Part shown: positions 10,521 to 20,249 of the stretch, one piece after another
Layout: each line of letters starts with the position of its first letter
How positions within the stretch are numbered: position 1 is the stretch's first letter
Assembly: GCA_963816145.1 (NCBI GenBank)
Contig: CAWFJP010000003.1
Coordinates: forward strand, 448,001 to 512,000
DNA from: an uncultured delta proteobacterium
GTDB lineage: Bacteria > Desulfobacterota > Binatia > UBA9968
DNA: 64,000 nucleotides
Direction: 5' to 3'
Position numbers and translations under genes: made by a program
The notes under the pieces: model-generated
Databases searched by the model: none
The model's input: the letters and a program-made list of their open reading frames with translations, nothing else
Told to the model about the DNA's origin: nothing

Positions 10521-10588
10521 TTTTTTAACATGATCCCAGATAGTGTTAGTGGTTCACTTGGAGTTGGCCGAACGTTTTCAGCGTGAGA

Positions 10589-10659
10589 AAGATTTCTCGC
10601 TTCGCTCGAAATGACAGCAGAATACTCTCCTTGTCATCTCGAACGAAGTGAGAGATCTC
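10589..10659. repeat. REP-like palindromic pair (GTCATYTCGA..GAGARATCT family)
   Basis: agatttctcgcttcgctcgaaatgaca ... tgtcatctcgaacgaagtgagagatct; related pair at 43588-43652. Confidence 0.7.
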
Positions 10660-10695
10660 GATCTAACTGAACCACCATCAGAGAGTTGATTCGCA

Positions 10696-12213
10696 ATGGC
10701 AGACCAAAATCCTTTTGCCCCGCTACCCGCTGGCATGAAAGTCACCGCTGCCGCGGCGGCTTTCGTCGAGAACGTGACATTCGATGCTATCCCTGCCGAG
10801 GCGTTCCGCATCGGCACGCGCTGTTTGCTCGACGGCCTGGGTTTGTTCGTCGCCGGCTCGGAAGAGCACACGGTTCAGTTGCTCGTCGAAGAAGCCGAAG
10901 AGATGGGAGGACGGGCAGACGCGCTTCTCTTGAGCCGCGGCAAAGTCAAAGTACCTGGCCCCATGGCCGCACGCGTGCTTGGCACTGCGGGTCACGCCCA
11001 CGACTGGGATGACAGTCAGGTCAGCGTCGATCCCGCCCATGTCTATGGCTTGTTAACCCATCCGACCATACCGCCGCTGTCGAGCGCGCTCGTGATGGCG
11101 CAGAAGCTCGACAACATCGACGGCAAGACCTTCATGCTCGCCTTCCTCACCGGTTTCGAAGTCGAGTGCAAAATCTCCGAGTGGATGCTGCCGCAGCACT
11201 ACCTGCGCGGCTTCCACACCAGCGGCACCGTCGGCACCTTCGGCGCCTTCGCCGCGGCGGCAAAGCTATTGGGATTGAAAGGCGAGCAACTGCGCAGCGG
11301 TTTCGGTATCGCCGCCAGCTTCGCCGCCGGCATCCGCTGTAACTTTGGCACCATGACCAAGCCTCTACATGTCGGCCGGGCCGCGGAAAGCGGCGTCACC
11401 GCGGCGCTGCTCGCGGCGCGCGGCTTTACCGCCGACCCCGACGCCTTCGACGGTCCATGGGGCTATTTCGCCGTCCAAGGCGGCGGCGTCAGCGCTGAGA
11501 AGATTTCCCAAGGCTTCGGCAAGACCTGGACCATCGTCGAGCCCGGGGTATCGATCAAGCCCTACCCCTGCGGTGTGCTCACCCACCCAACCATCGACTT
11601 GATGTTGAAGCTAGTGAGCGGAAACAACGTGAAACCGGACGATATTGAAAGCGTAAAAGTCTACGCCGGCTCGAATATCTTGAATCCAATCCGCTACCCG
11701 ATCGCGGCGAATCATTTGCAAGCGAAATTCTCCCTCCCCTCAGCACTGGCCATGATCGCGCTCGCCCGCAAAGCCGGCAAGACGGAATTCTCCGACCCAT
11801 TCGTCGCCTCCGCGCCCATGCAAGCCATGCAAAAGCGTATCACCACCGAACTCGACTCCGAGATCGAAAAAATGGGCTTCGATAAAATGCGCTCGCGCAT
11901 CGCCATCAATTTGAAAAGCGGCAAAATCATCGAAGGCTGGGCCGACGAACGCTACCGCGGCGGCCCGGACAATCCATTGAGCGACGGCGACTTGGAAGCC
12001 AAGTTCCACTCGTGCTGCGAAGGCGTTCTTGATGGAGGCCGCCAAGCGAAGTTGATTGATGCAGCTTGGTCCGTCACCAAGCTCCCCAATCCCCATCAAC
12101 TACTGCTGCTTCTGAATGGCGTCAGTAATCAGACTAGATCGATCCAACTGTTGCGCACGACATCGACCAATCAAATTAAGATTCACAAGGAGGTCACTCT
12201 TGAAGATCGCTGA
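10696..12213 (+). CDS. MmgE/PrpD family protein
   Basis: HAHDWDD, LTHP, GFHTSGT, TKPLHVG, IKPYPC, AKFS. Confidence 0.9.
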   Translation: MADQNPFAPLPAGMKVTAAAAAFVENVTFDAIPAEAFRIGTRCLLDGLGLFVAGSEEHTVQLLVEEAEEMGGRADALLLSRGKVKVPGPMAARVLGTAGHAHDWDDSQVSVDPAHVYGLLTHPTIPPLSSALVMAQKLDNIDGKTFMLAFLTGFEVECKISEWMLPQHYLRGFHTSGTVGTFGAFAAAAKLLGLKGEQLRSGFGIAASFAAGIRCNFGTMTKPLHVGRAAESGVTAALLAARGFTADPDAFDGPWGYFAVQGGGVSAEKISQGFGKTWTIVEPGVSIKPYPCGVLTHPTIDLMLKLVSGNNVKPDDIESVKVYAGSNILNPIRYPIAANHLQAKFSLPSALAMIALARKAGKTEFSDPFVASAPMQAMQKRITTELDSEIEKMGFDKMRSRIAINLKSGKIIEGWADERYRGGPDNPLSDGDLEAKFHSCCEGVLDGGRQAKLIDAAWSVTKLPNPHQLLLLLNGVSNQTRSIQLLRTTSTNQIKIHKEVTLEDR

Positions 12214-13330
12214 GATAGAAATCATCGAGCTGCAAAACATCCCCGTCACCCCGCCGCTGTTCAAACAGCCGTTGCGCACCGGGGTGCGGCTGCTGAAACT
12301 CAAAACCGACGACGGTTTGGTCGGCTTGTCGCAGATTGGCGGATTCTTACACGCCGCCACGGTTGCGGCGATCAAGCAGGAATTGCTGCCGTTCTTGAAG
12401 GGCAAAGACCCGCTGGAGAACGAGCGCTTGATGCATCAGATGCTCTGGAAGTTCAACACGCGCGCGCACGGCGGCGTGTGGAATTATGCCGTCAGCGCCA
12501 TCGACGTCGCACTGTGGGATATCAAGGGCAAGCTCTACAACACGCCGGTGTGGCGCTTGCTCGGTGGTGCGCAGAAAATGATTCCCGCCTACATCACCTT
12601 CGGCCTGCGCGCTTACACCCGCGACGAGCTGGCGGCGGCGGCGAAGCACTGGCAAGCAAGCGGCCAGAACCGGCTCAAGGTGCAAGTCGGCCGGGTCAAC
12701 ATCCGCGGCGAAAGCGATCCGGGAGGAGCGAGCGCTGAACACCGTGCCGATAATCCGGCCGAAGATGTCGCGCGCATGAAAGCCGTGCGCGAAGCGGTCG
12801 GAGACGATGCCGAGCTCATGGCGGATGCCAACTGTTTGATGAAACTCGATACCGCAGTGCGCTGGTGCAAGAGCTTCGAGCCGTTTAATCTAACCTGGTT
12901 CGAAGAGCCGATCGTTCATAATGATCCGCACCTGCTGGCTCAACTGCGCAAGCAAACCAGCATTCCCATCGCCGCCGGCCAGTGGGAGAATTTCTCCCGG
13001 CTCGCCGATCTGGTCAAAGCCGACGCCGTCGACTTCCTCAATATCCACGTCCTATCCATCGGCGGCTTTACCATGGGCATGAAAGCCGCAGGCTTGGCCC
13101 AGGCTTACAATCTGCCCATCGGCAACGGCGATCATTTCGACTTCCACCTCCATGCCGCGGTGCCCAACGGCTGGCGCGCCGAGATTCATGTCAACAACTG
13201 GCTGACGGCCAACGCGGTTTACAAAGAATTGCCCACGCTTGCCGACGGCTGGGTGACGCTGAGCGAACGGCCGGGACTTGGGGTCGAGCTCAATGAAGAT
13301 GCGGTGAAGGAATTTCGCGTACCTGCGTAG
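12200..13330 (+). CDS. Mandelate racemase/muconate lactonizing enzyme family protein
   Basis: SAIDVALWDIKGK..PVWRLLGG, LMADAN, WFEEP, RPGLGVE; TTG start after AAGGAGG. Confidence 0.88.
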   Translation: MKIAEIEIIELQNIPVTPPLFKQPLRTGVRLLKLKTDDGLVGLSQIGGFLHAATVAAIKQELLPFLKGKDPLENERLMHQMLWKFNTRAHGGVWNYAVSAIDVALWDIKGKLYNTPVWRLLGGAQKMIPAYITFGLRAYTRDELAAAAKHWQASGQNRLKVQVGRVNIRGESDPGGASAEHRADNPAEDVARMKAVREAVGDDAELMADANCLMKLDTAVRWCKSFEPFNLTWFEEPIVHNDPHLLAQLRKQTSIPIAAGQWENFSRLADLVKADAVDFLNIHVLSIGGFTMGMKAAGLAQAYNLPIGNGDHFDFHLHAAVPNGWRAEIHVNNWLTANAVYKELPTLADGWVTLSERPGLGVELNEDAVKEFRVPA

Positions 13331-13394
13331 ATTAATTTTCTCGCCACGGACCGATATCCCGCAACTGAATTAGCCAAGGCCAATGCTCAATGAT

Positions 13395-13515
13395 TCTAAA
13401 TTCATTGACTACAAGTCGATTCGCCAATGTCGTCATTCCGGCGGAGGCCGTAATCCCGGATTTCTTTGGCTGCGTCGCGCAACCGAAGATGGATGCCGGC
13501 CTGCGCCGGCATGAC
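13395..13515. repeat. Partial composite element: left flank plus REP-like doublet (13432-13515)
   Basis: ttctaaattcattgactacaagtcgattc matches the 24101-24129 flank, followed by gtcattccggcgg..tggatgccggcctgcgccggcatgac. Confidence 0.7.
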
Positions 13516-13557
13516 AATACGACGGCCGCACTACTATCCAAGCCGACAGGACTGAAA

Positions 13558-14778
13558 ATGAACCGCCGCCAATTTAACAAAACATTGCTCACCGCCGCCG
13601 CGGCTGTACTCGCTCCATTCAACATCGTCCGCGCGCAGTCGAGCAAGCTCAAAGTCGGCGTCCTGCTGCCCAAATCCGGCTTACAGGGCTTGATCGGCCA
13701 GTCTTGTCAGAAAGGCGCCAATCTCGCGCCTTTCGTCATTAAAGAGCGTCTCGGCGTCGACATCGAACTGCTCAATGCCGACACCGAGACGAACGTCGAC
13801 ACCGCGCGCACGCGAGCGGAAAAACTGATTCAAGAAGGCGCGCATTGCCTGGTCGGTCCGTTCGATTCCGGAGCCGCCGCAGCCATCGCCCAAGTCGCCG
13901 AGCAGCGCGGCGTGCCGTTTATCATCAACATCGCCGCTGCACCGCAGATCACCGAGCAGGGTTACAAGTATGTTTTTCGCAATTTCCCGATCGCCACGGA
14001 ATTGGTCAGCAACGGCCTCGCCCTCACCGACGCGCTGTTCAAGGTCACCGGCACGACGCCGCGCAGCGCGGTGTTCATGCATGTCAACGACACCTTCGGC
14101 CAGGCCAATGCCAAGGCGATCGGCGCGATCCTACCGCTGTTGAATTTGCCGTTTAAACTTGTCGACACAATATCCTACGATCCGGCAGCCAAGGACTTGA
14201 CGGTGGAAATCGTCAAAGCGAAAGCGACCAAAGCAGACTTCTTGCTGCTGGTTAGCCGCTTGAACGATGCCATCGTGTTGCGCCGCGAGATTGTCAAGCA
14301 GCGCTGGAATGTCATGGGCATCATCAGCCCGGGCTCCCCGGGCATGTATGAGAACCAGTTTTTTCAGTCGCTAGGCAAGCTATCCGAAGGCTGCATCTCC
14401 AATGTCCCATGGTTCGATCCCAAAGCGGCAATGACGAAGTCCGTCGATGCTGCCTTCAAAAAGCAAAATCCCAAAGACCAGTTAAAGTTTCACGCGCTCA
14501 ACGTCGGCTATACCTTTGAAGCGTTGCTGATCGCCGCCGACGCGTTCAAGCGCGCGAAATCGACCGATGCCCAGCCGTTGACCGAAGCGATCCGCCAGAC
14601 CGAAATAATGAACCGCATGATGATCGGCGCGCCGATCAAGTTCAACGCCAAGGGCCAGGTCGAAGGCAACCTGTCTGCGTGCATTCAGAATCAAGGCCAG
14701 CAACCCGTGGTCGTTTTACCCGCGCCATCCGCGGAAGCGAAGCCAAAGTTTCCTTGGGCGGAATATAAACGAGCGTAA
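13558..14778 (+). CDS. Branched-chain amino acid-type ABC substrate-binding protein (Tat signal)
   Basis: MNRRQF twin-arginine signal, LKVGVLLPKSG, LVGPFDSG; upstream of livHMGF-like genes. Confidence 0.87.
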   Translation: MNRRQFNKTLLTAAAAVLAPFNIVRAQSSKLKVGVLLPKSGLQGLIGQSCQKGANLAPFVIKERLGVDIELLNADTETNVDTARTRAEKLIQEGAHCLVGPFDSGAAAAIAQVAEQRGVPFIINIAAAPQITEQGYKYVFRNFPIATELVSNGLALTDALFKVTGTTPRSAVFMHVNDTFGQANAKAIGAILPLLNLPFKLVDTISYDPAAKDLTVEIVKAKATKADFLLLVSRLNDAIVLRREIVKQRWNVMGIISPGSPGMYENQFFQSLGKLSEGCISNVPWFDPKAAMTKSVDAAFKKQNPKDQLKFHALNVGYTFEALLIAADAFKRAKSTDAQPLTEAIRQTEIMNRMMIGAPIKFNAKGQVEGNLSACIQNQGQQPVVVLPAPSAEAKPKFPWAEYKRA

Positions 14779-14783
14779 CATTC

Positions 14784-14866
14784 GTCATGCCGGTGGAAAC
14801 CGGCATCCAGGTTGTGGTTCGCGGGGATGGGTTCAAAGACTGGATTCCGGCCCGCGCCCGAATGAC
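14784..14866. repeat. REP-like doublet
   Basis: gtcatgccggtggaaaccggcatcca ... tggattccggcccgcgcccgaatgac. Confidence 0.8.
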
Positions 14867-14907
14867 GTTACAGAATCGATCAACTCAGTTTTGACATTCA
14901 TTTAACC

Positions 14908-15783
14908 ATGCCCATCGACTTCGTCAGCCTAACCAACGTCATTATTTCAGGAATCCTCACCGGTCTGGTCTACGGCCTGATGGCGCTCGGTCTTTCAGTT
15001 ATTTTTGGTGTCGCCCGCGTGGTCAACTTTGCCCATGGCGAGATGATGACGCTCGCCATGTACGCAAGCGTGATACTGTTCAGCACCTTTGGGCTAAATC
15101 CTTTCATCGCCGTTCTACCGGTCGCGGCGTTTTTCTTTGTTTTGGGTTACGGCTTGCAGCGCTGGATCGTCAATCCGTTCGTCACCCGCCCCGACCATGC
15201 GCAGTTCATGCTGCTGCTCTCGATCGCCATTATCCTGACCAACGGCCAATTGATCTTCTTCGGCCCAGACGCCCGTAGCGTGCGGCTCGACAGCATGCTC
15301 GAATCCATCGAACTCGGCCCGCTTTTGATCGACCGCGGTAAACTCTACGCCGGGCTGGTCGCCGTCGGCACGGCCGCTGGGCTGTTCAGCTTTTTCCGCT
15401 TCACCCGCCGCGGCACGGCAATCCGCGCCTGCGCCGATAACTGGCTCGGCGCCAAGGTCGTTGGCCTCAACGTCAATCAGCTCTACGCGTTGGCGTTCGG
15501 GTTGGGCACGCTCTGTGTCGCGGTCGCCGGCTGCATGATGGTCCTGCTGATCGACCTGACGCCGGCCATCGGCCCGGGCTACACGCTGCTCGCGTTTGTG
15601 ATCGTCATCGTCGGCGGCCTCGGTTCGCTGAACGGCGCGCTGCTCGGCGGCGTCCTGATCGGCTTGTCGGAAGCGCTGGCAGGTCTGTTCATCCTGCCGT
15701 CGGCGAAAGGCATGTTTAGCTTCGCCTTGCTGATCGTTGTCCTGCTGATTCGTCCGCGCGGTCTGTTAGGCGGCCAGCGGTGA
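14908..15783 (+). CDS. livH: Branched-chain amino acid ABC permease (LivH-like)
   Basis: YGLMALGLSVIFG..VVNFAHGE, IVGGLGS. Confidence 0.88.
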   Translation: MPIDFVSLTNVIISGILTGLVYGLMALGLSVIFGVARVVNFAHGEMMTLAMYASVILFSTFGLNPFIAVLPVAAFFFVLGYGLQRWIVNPFVTRPDHAQFMLLLSIAIILTNGQLIFFGPDARSVRLDSMLESIELGPLLIDRGKLYAGLVAVGTAAGLFSFFRFTRRGTAIRACADNWLGAKVVGLNVNQLYALAFGLGTLCVAVAGCMMVLLIDLTPAIGPGYTLLAFVIVIVGGLGSLNGALLGGVLIGLSEALAGLFILPSAKGMFSFALLIVVLLIRPRGLLGGQR

Positions 15784-16751
15784 ATCGGCGTCCGTCATTC
15801 TTGCTGTTCTTATTGTCTGCCGCGTTGATCGTCCTGCCGGCGTTCGCCGACAATTACGTCCTATCCGTTGCCACGCTCTTCCTGTTTTTCGCCTACACCG
15901 GCCAAGCGTGGAACATCATGATGGGCTTCGCCGGCCAACTGTCTCTCGGCCATGCCTTGTACCTCGGCGTCGGCGGCTATACCGCCGGCGCGCTCTATTT
16001 TCACTATGGCGTCAGTCCTTGGATCGGAGTCTGGCTGGCGGTCTTTGTTTGCACCGCCCTCGGCGCTTTGCTCGGCGCCCTCGCCTTCCGTTACGGCATC
16101 TCCGGCGTTTACTTCACGCTCTTGACCATCGCATTCGCCGAGTTCGCGCGCATCGGCTTCGATCATTTCGCCTGGGTCGGCGGCTCGGCGGGCCTGTTTC
16201 TCAAGGTCGGCCCGCAGGATCGGATTGATTGGCTCAATCTGCGCGGCCCGCCGGCGATGTATTATTACGTCATGTTACTGCTTGCGGCGTTCGCTTTCGG
16301 ACTGTCCGCCTGGCTGATACACCGCCGGCCGGGCTACTATTGGCAAGCGATCCGCGAGAACGAAGAAGCCGCGAGCGCTCTCGGCATCGATGCATTCCGC
16401 TGGAAAATCCTCGCCGTCGCTATCAGCGCGGCTATGACCGCCGTCGCCGGTGTGTTTCTAGCCTTTTATTACAACAACCTGTTTCCCGAGCAGATATTCA
16501 GCATCAACCGCTCCGTCGAAATCATCTTGGGGCCGATCATCGGCGGCATGGGCACGCTTTTCGGTCCGATTATCGGGGCTGCGCTGGTCACCTTGCTCAC
16601 CGACGGCGCGACCGAATTTGTTGACGTGCTCGGCTGGAACATCCCCGGCGTCAAGCAACTTATTTATGGTGTCATCTTATTTGCCGTGGTCGTGTTTCTG
16701 CCCCATGGCATCTGGCCGTCTATCGCGCGCAAGCTGAAACTCGAGCGATGA
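15780..16751 (+). CDS. livM: Branched-chain amino acid ABC permease (LivM-like)
   Basis: GFAGQLSLGHA, AIRENEEAA.ALGI, IGGMGTLFGP. Confidence 0.88.
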   Translation: MNRRPSFLLFLLSAALIVLPAFADNYVLSVATLFLFFAYTGQAWNIMMGFAGQLSLGHALYLGVGGYTAGALYFHYGVSPWIGVWLAVFVCTALGALLGALAFRYGISGVYFTLLTIAFAEFARIGFDHFAWVGGSAGLFLKVGPQDRIDWLNLRGPPAMYYYVMLLLAAFAFGLSAWLIHRRPGYYWQAIRENEEAASALGIDAFRWKILAVAISAAMTAVAGVFLAFYYNNLFPEQIFSINRSVEIILGPIIGGMGTLFGPIIGAALVTLLTDGATEFVDVLGWNIPGVKQLIYGVILFAVVVFLPHGIWPSIARKLKLER

Positions 16752-17473
16752 ATTTACTCGAAGTAGAAAAGCTCGGAAAATCTTTTCGCGGCCTGCGCGC
16801 CGTGAGCGAGGTATCGTTCAGCGTCGCGGAGAATTCCATCGTCGCCCTCATCGGCCCCAACGGCGCCGGCAAAACGACGCTGTTCAATCTCATTGCCGGC
16901 GCGCTGGTGCCGGACTCGGGGACCATCTCTTTTGCCGGCACCAGAATCGACGACCTGCGACCCGACCAGATCTGCGCTCGCGGCATCGGCCGAACCTTTC
17001 AGATCGCCAAACCCTTTGCCGGACTGTCCGTGCTCGATAATGTCGTTGTCGGCGCGCTGCAGCGATCGCCAAATGTTGCAGCGGCCCGGGTTTGTGCCCA
17101 GGAGATTCTCGCCAAACTCGGCTTGGAGTCCAAGCGCGACATGCCCGCCGCCGCACTGACCCTGCCGGACCGTAAACGGCTCGAAGTCGCGCGCGCCTTG
17201 GCAACCAAGCCCAAGCTCTTGCTGCTCGACGAAGTGATGGCCGGCCTGCGCCCGACCGAGTGCGATGAGGTGGTCGCGACGCTGCGCGAATTCAACCAGC
17301 GCGAAGGTATAACGATGCTCTTGATCGAACATGTCATGCGCGCGGTGATGGCTTTGGCCGACAAAGTCATCGTGCTGCATCACGGCGAAATCATCGGCCA
17401 TGGGAAGCCTGCCGACATTGTCCGCCAACCGGCCGTGGTGGCGAGCTACTTGGGTGAGAATAGCGACTTATGA
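16748..17473 (+). CDS. livG: ABC ATP-binding protein (LivG-like)
   Basis: GPNGAGKTT, GIGRTFQ, LLLLDE. Confidence 0.9.
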   Translation: MNLLEVEKLGKSFRGLRAVSEVSFSVAENSIVALIGPNGAGKTTLFNLIAGALVPDSGTISFAGTRIDDLRPDQICARGIGRTFQIAKPFAGLSVLDNVVVGALQRSPNVAAARVCAQEILAKLGLESKRDMPAAALTLPDRKRLEVARALATKPKLLLLDEVMAGLRPTECDEVVATLREFNQREGITMLLIEHVMRAVMALADKVIVLHHGEIIGHGKPADIVRQPAVVASYLGENSDL

Positions 17474-18183
17474 GCGCCCTACTGCAAGTCACCGACCTCG
17501 CCTTGAACTACGGCGGCGCAACGGCGCTTGCCGGCGTCTCGCTGGCGATTGAAAAAGGCGCGACGGTCGCTCTGGTCGGCGCCAATGGCGCCGGCAAGTC
17601 TTCGTTCATCCGCGCCATCGCAGGAATCGAACGGCCGATCACCGGGAAGATTGTTTTCGCCGGCCGAAACATCACCACGCTCGAATCCCATGAGATTTGC
17701 AACCTCGGCATCGGCCAGGTCGCCGAGGGGCGCCAGCTTTTTGCCACATTGACCGTTATGGAAAATTTGCAGATGGGCGCGGTGCCGGCGCGCGCCCGCG
17801 CGCGATACAAACAGTCGATAAACGAAGTCTTCGCGCTCTTTCCCCGCCTCGCCGAACGGCGCAAGCAACTAGCCGGCACGCTTTCGGGCGGCGAACAGCA
17901 AATGCTCGCCATCGGCCGCTGCCTGATGGGCTGTCCCGAACTGATCATGCTCGACGAACCGTCCTTGGGCTTGGCGCCAAACCTCGTCGAGGAAATGCTG
18001 CGCGCCGTTCACTTGCTGAATAGGCAAGGCCTGACGGTGCTCCTGGTCGAGCAGAACGTGGCCGCGTCGTTGAAGCTGTGCCAGCGCGGTTATGTGCTCG
18101 AAAACGGCCGCGTCGCAATGACTGGCACGGGAAACGAACTTCTGAACGATGACCGCGTTCGCCAAGCTTATCTCGGTTTATAG
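17470..18183 (+). CDS. livF: ABC ATP-binding protein (LivF-like)
   Basis: GANGAGKS, LSGGEQQMLAIGR, LDEPSLGLAP, AYLG C-terminus. Confidence 0.9.
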   Translation: MSALLQVTDLALNYGGATALAGVSLAIEKGATVALVGANGAGKSSFIRAIAGIERPITGKIVFAGRNITTLESHEICNLGIGQVAEGRQLFATLTVMENLQMGAVPARARARYKQSINEVFALFPRLAERRKQLAGTLSGGEQQMLAIGRCLMGCPELIMLDEPSLGLAPNLVEEMLRAVHLLNRQGLTVLLVEQNVAASLKLCQRGYVLENGRVAMTGTGNELLNDDRVRQAYLGL

Positions 18184-18222
18184 GCTCGTCGGCTCCGCTT
18201 AAACCTCGGTGTATCATACCGA

Positions 18223-18252
18223 CCTTGAACTTTTGAACCCTTGAACCTTGAA
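18223..18252. repeat. TTGAAC-type short tandem repeat
   Basis: ccttgaac ttttgaac ccttgaac cttgaa; near-identical tract at 48529-48559. Confidence 0.7.
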
Positions 18253-18358
18253 TACCAGGCGCTTTGCGCCCTTACCCCTTGCGACAAAACCATTTCCCAG
18301 ATAACAAAGAGAGTCGGTTGATCCTCGGCGACAACCATAATTATTAGGAGGCCTCCGC

Positions 18359-20128
18359 ATGGCAGACGATAAGATCAAAAAATCCACCGAACGTTGGCAG
18401 TCGGACATCATCGTTGACTTGATCAAGCAATTTAATTTTCCCTACATCGCGCTCAATCCCGGTGCCAGTTACCGAGGTCTGCATGACTCATTGGTCAACT
18501 ACGGTGAGAATAAGCCGGAGATGCTGCTGTGCAACCATGAAAAGATCGCCGTGCAGATCGCCCATGGCTATGCCAAAGCCACCGGCAAACCAATGATCGC
18601 CATCGTCCATAACGTCGTCGGCCTGCTGCACGCTCCCATGGGCATCTACTACGCCTATATCGACCGCAGTCCGGTGTTCATCATCGGCGCCACCGGTCCC
18701 ATGGACGAGAAGCTGCGCCGGCCGTTTATCGACTGGATTCACACCGCCTTCGCGCAGGGCGACGTCGTGCGAGGCTTCACCAAGTGGGACTACCAGCCCG
18801 GCAGCATTCATGGCGTGCCGGATTCGTTCGCGCGCGCCTACTCGATCATGATGAGCGAACCGCAGGGGCCGGTATACATGGTTTACGACTCGGCGATGCA
18901 GGAAGCCAAGTTGACGGAAAATGTCCCGGTGCCGAATTTTCATATCAAGGTGCCGTCCCGCGTCGCCCCCGAGCAGTCGGCCATCGACCACGCCGCCGAC
19001 ATGCTGGTGGCGGCGAACAACCCGCTGCTGTTGACCGAATACGCGGCGCGCATGCCCATGGGCTTTGGCTCCACCGTCGAGCTCGCCGAAACCGTCGGTG
19101 CGTCGGTCTATGACATTAACAAGCGGCTGGGTTTTCCCAACAAGCATCCCCTGAGCGTCAGCTTCCACAACGACGCCTTCAACGGCGTCGATCTGGTCAC
19201 CGCTCTCGATGTCGTCGACTGGACCCGCGGCTCGCATAAGTTGAACACCCAAACCCGCGAAGTTCAGGTGGCAACGGCGGCCGACTGCAAATGGATCGAT
19301 GTCGGCTTCGCCGATATCGAGATCAGCAAGTGGGCCACCGACTATAACAAGCATCATAACTGGGATCACCGAGTGTTGGGCGACAGCGCGCTGTCGATTC
19401 CCGCGCTCACCGCCGCGTGCAAAAAGCGCATCGACGGCAACCAGGCACTCACGAGTCGCATTGCCGATCGCAAGAAAGCCATCGGCGAGCGCCACAATCG
19501 ACAATGGCAAAAGTGGCAGGATCAAGTGAAGGAGCAGTGGAACGAGCGGCCGATGACTGAAGCGCGCCTGGCCCATGAAGCCTGGCAGGTGATCAAAGAC
19601 GAAGACTGGGTGCTGACCGCCAATACCTTGAAAGAATGGGTGCACAAGGTTTGGGACTTCGACAAGCCCTATCGTCACCTCGGCCGTGAACTCGGCACCG
19701 GCACGCAGATCGGCATGTCCATTGGCGCCGCCCTGGCGTACAAAGGCACCGGCAAGCTGGTCGTCGACATCCAACCCGACGGCGATCTGATGTTCGACTT
19801 GGGCGCCCTGTGGATGCCGATCAAATACAACATCCCGATGTTGATCCTGATGTACAACAACCGCGCCTACTACAACGACTGGGCTCATCAAATCCACATG
19901 GCGCACCAGCGCGGCACCGACCCGCAGCGCGCCTACATCGGCATGGATTTGGAAGGCCCGCCGCCCGACTTCGCCCATATCGCCAAGGGTATCGGCTGGT
20001 ACGCCGAAGGCGTCATCGAAGACCCTGCCGAAGTCGGCCCGGCGTTGAAGCGCGCCATCGCCCAGGTCAAAGCCGGCAAACCCGCGCTGGTCGACGCCGT
20101 CGTCTGGCGCCGCGGCGAGAATGCCTAG
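18359..20128 (+). CDS. Thiamine diphosphate-binding enzyme (acetolactate synthase/benzoylformate decarboxylase superfamily), copy 1
   Basis: NPGAS..GLHDS, catalytic HE motif (NHEKIA), QPDGDL...YNNRAY ThDP-binding motif. Confidence 0.88.
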   Translation: MADDKIKKSTERWQSDIIVDLIKQFNFPYIALNPGASYRGLHDSLVNYGENKPEMLLCNHEKIAVQIAHGYAKATGKPMIAIVHNVVGLLHAPMGIYYAYIDRSPVFIIGATGPMDEKLRRPFIDWIHTAFAQGDVVRGFTKWDYQPGSIHGVPDSFARAYSIMMSEPQGPVYMVYDSAMQEAKLTENVPVPNFHIKVPSRVAPEQSAIDHAADMLVAANNPLLLTEYAARMPMGFGSTVELAETVGASVYDINKRLGFPNKHPLSVSFHNDAFNGVDLVTALDVVDWTRGSHKLNTQTREVQVATAADCKWIDVGFADIEISKWATDYNKHHNWDHRVLGDSALSIPALTAACKKRIDGNQALTSRIADRKKAIGERHNRQWQKWQDQVKEQWNERPMTEARLAHEAWQVIKDEDWVLTANTLKEWVHKVWDFDKPYRHLGRELGTGTQIGMSIGAALAYKGTGKLVVDIQPDGDLMFDLGALWMPIKYNIPMLILMYNNRAYYNDWAHQIHMAHQRGTDPQRAYIGMDLEGPPPDFAHIAKGIGWYAEGVIEDPAEVGPALKRAIAQVKAGKPALVDAVVWRRGENA

Positions 20129-20136
20129 AACCCTTG

Positions 20137-20207
20137 CACCACGAAGGACACGAAGCGCACGAAGTTCGGAATAATAAACTTCCGAAACCTTCGTGACCTT
20201 CGTGGTG
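20137..20207. repeat. Inverted doublet of 9-bp units (CACGAAGnn)
   Basis: caccacgaaggacacgaagcgcacgaag ... cttcgtgaccttcgtggtg. Confidence 0.8.
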
Positions 20208-20249
20208 AAGAATAATTTCTGTTTGAATTAATCTAAGGAGGACATCTGC

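Noticed and set aside
12120-12213. C-terminal tail of PrpD as an extra domain
   Set aside because: Short, low-information read-through across what looks like intergenic sequence containing the next RBS
18488-19978. 496-aa antisense ORF and similar long shadows (38502-39665, 45887-46765, 62769-63785)
   Set aside because: They lie opposite well-supported genes, carry no motifs and are expected from GC-rich codon bias
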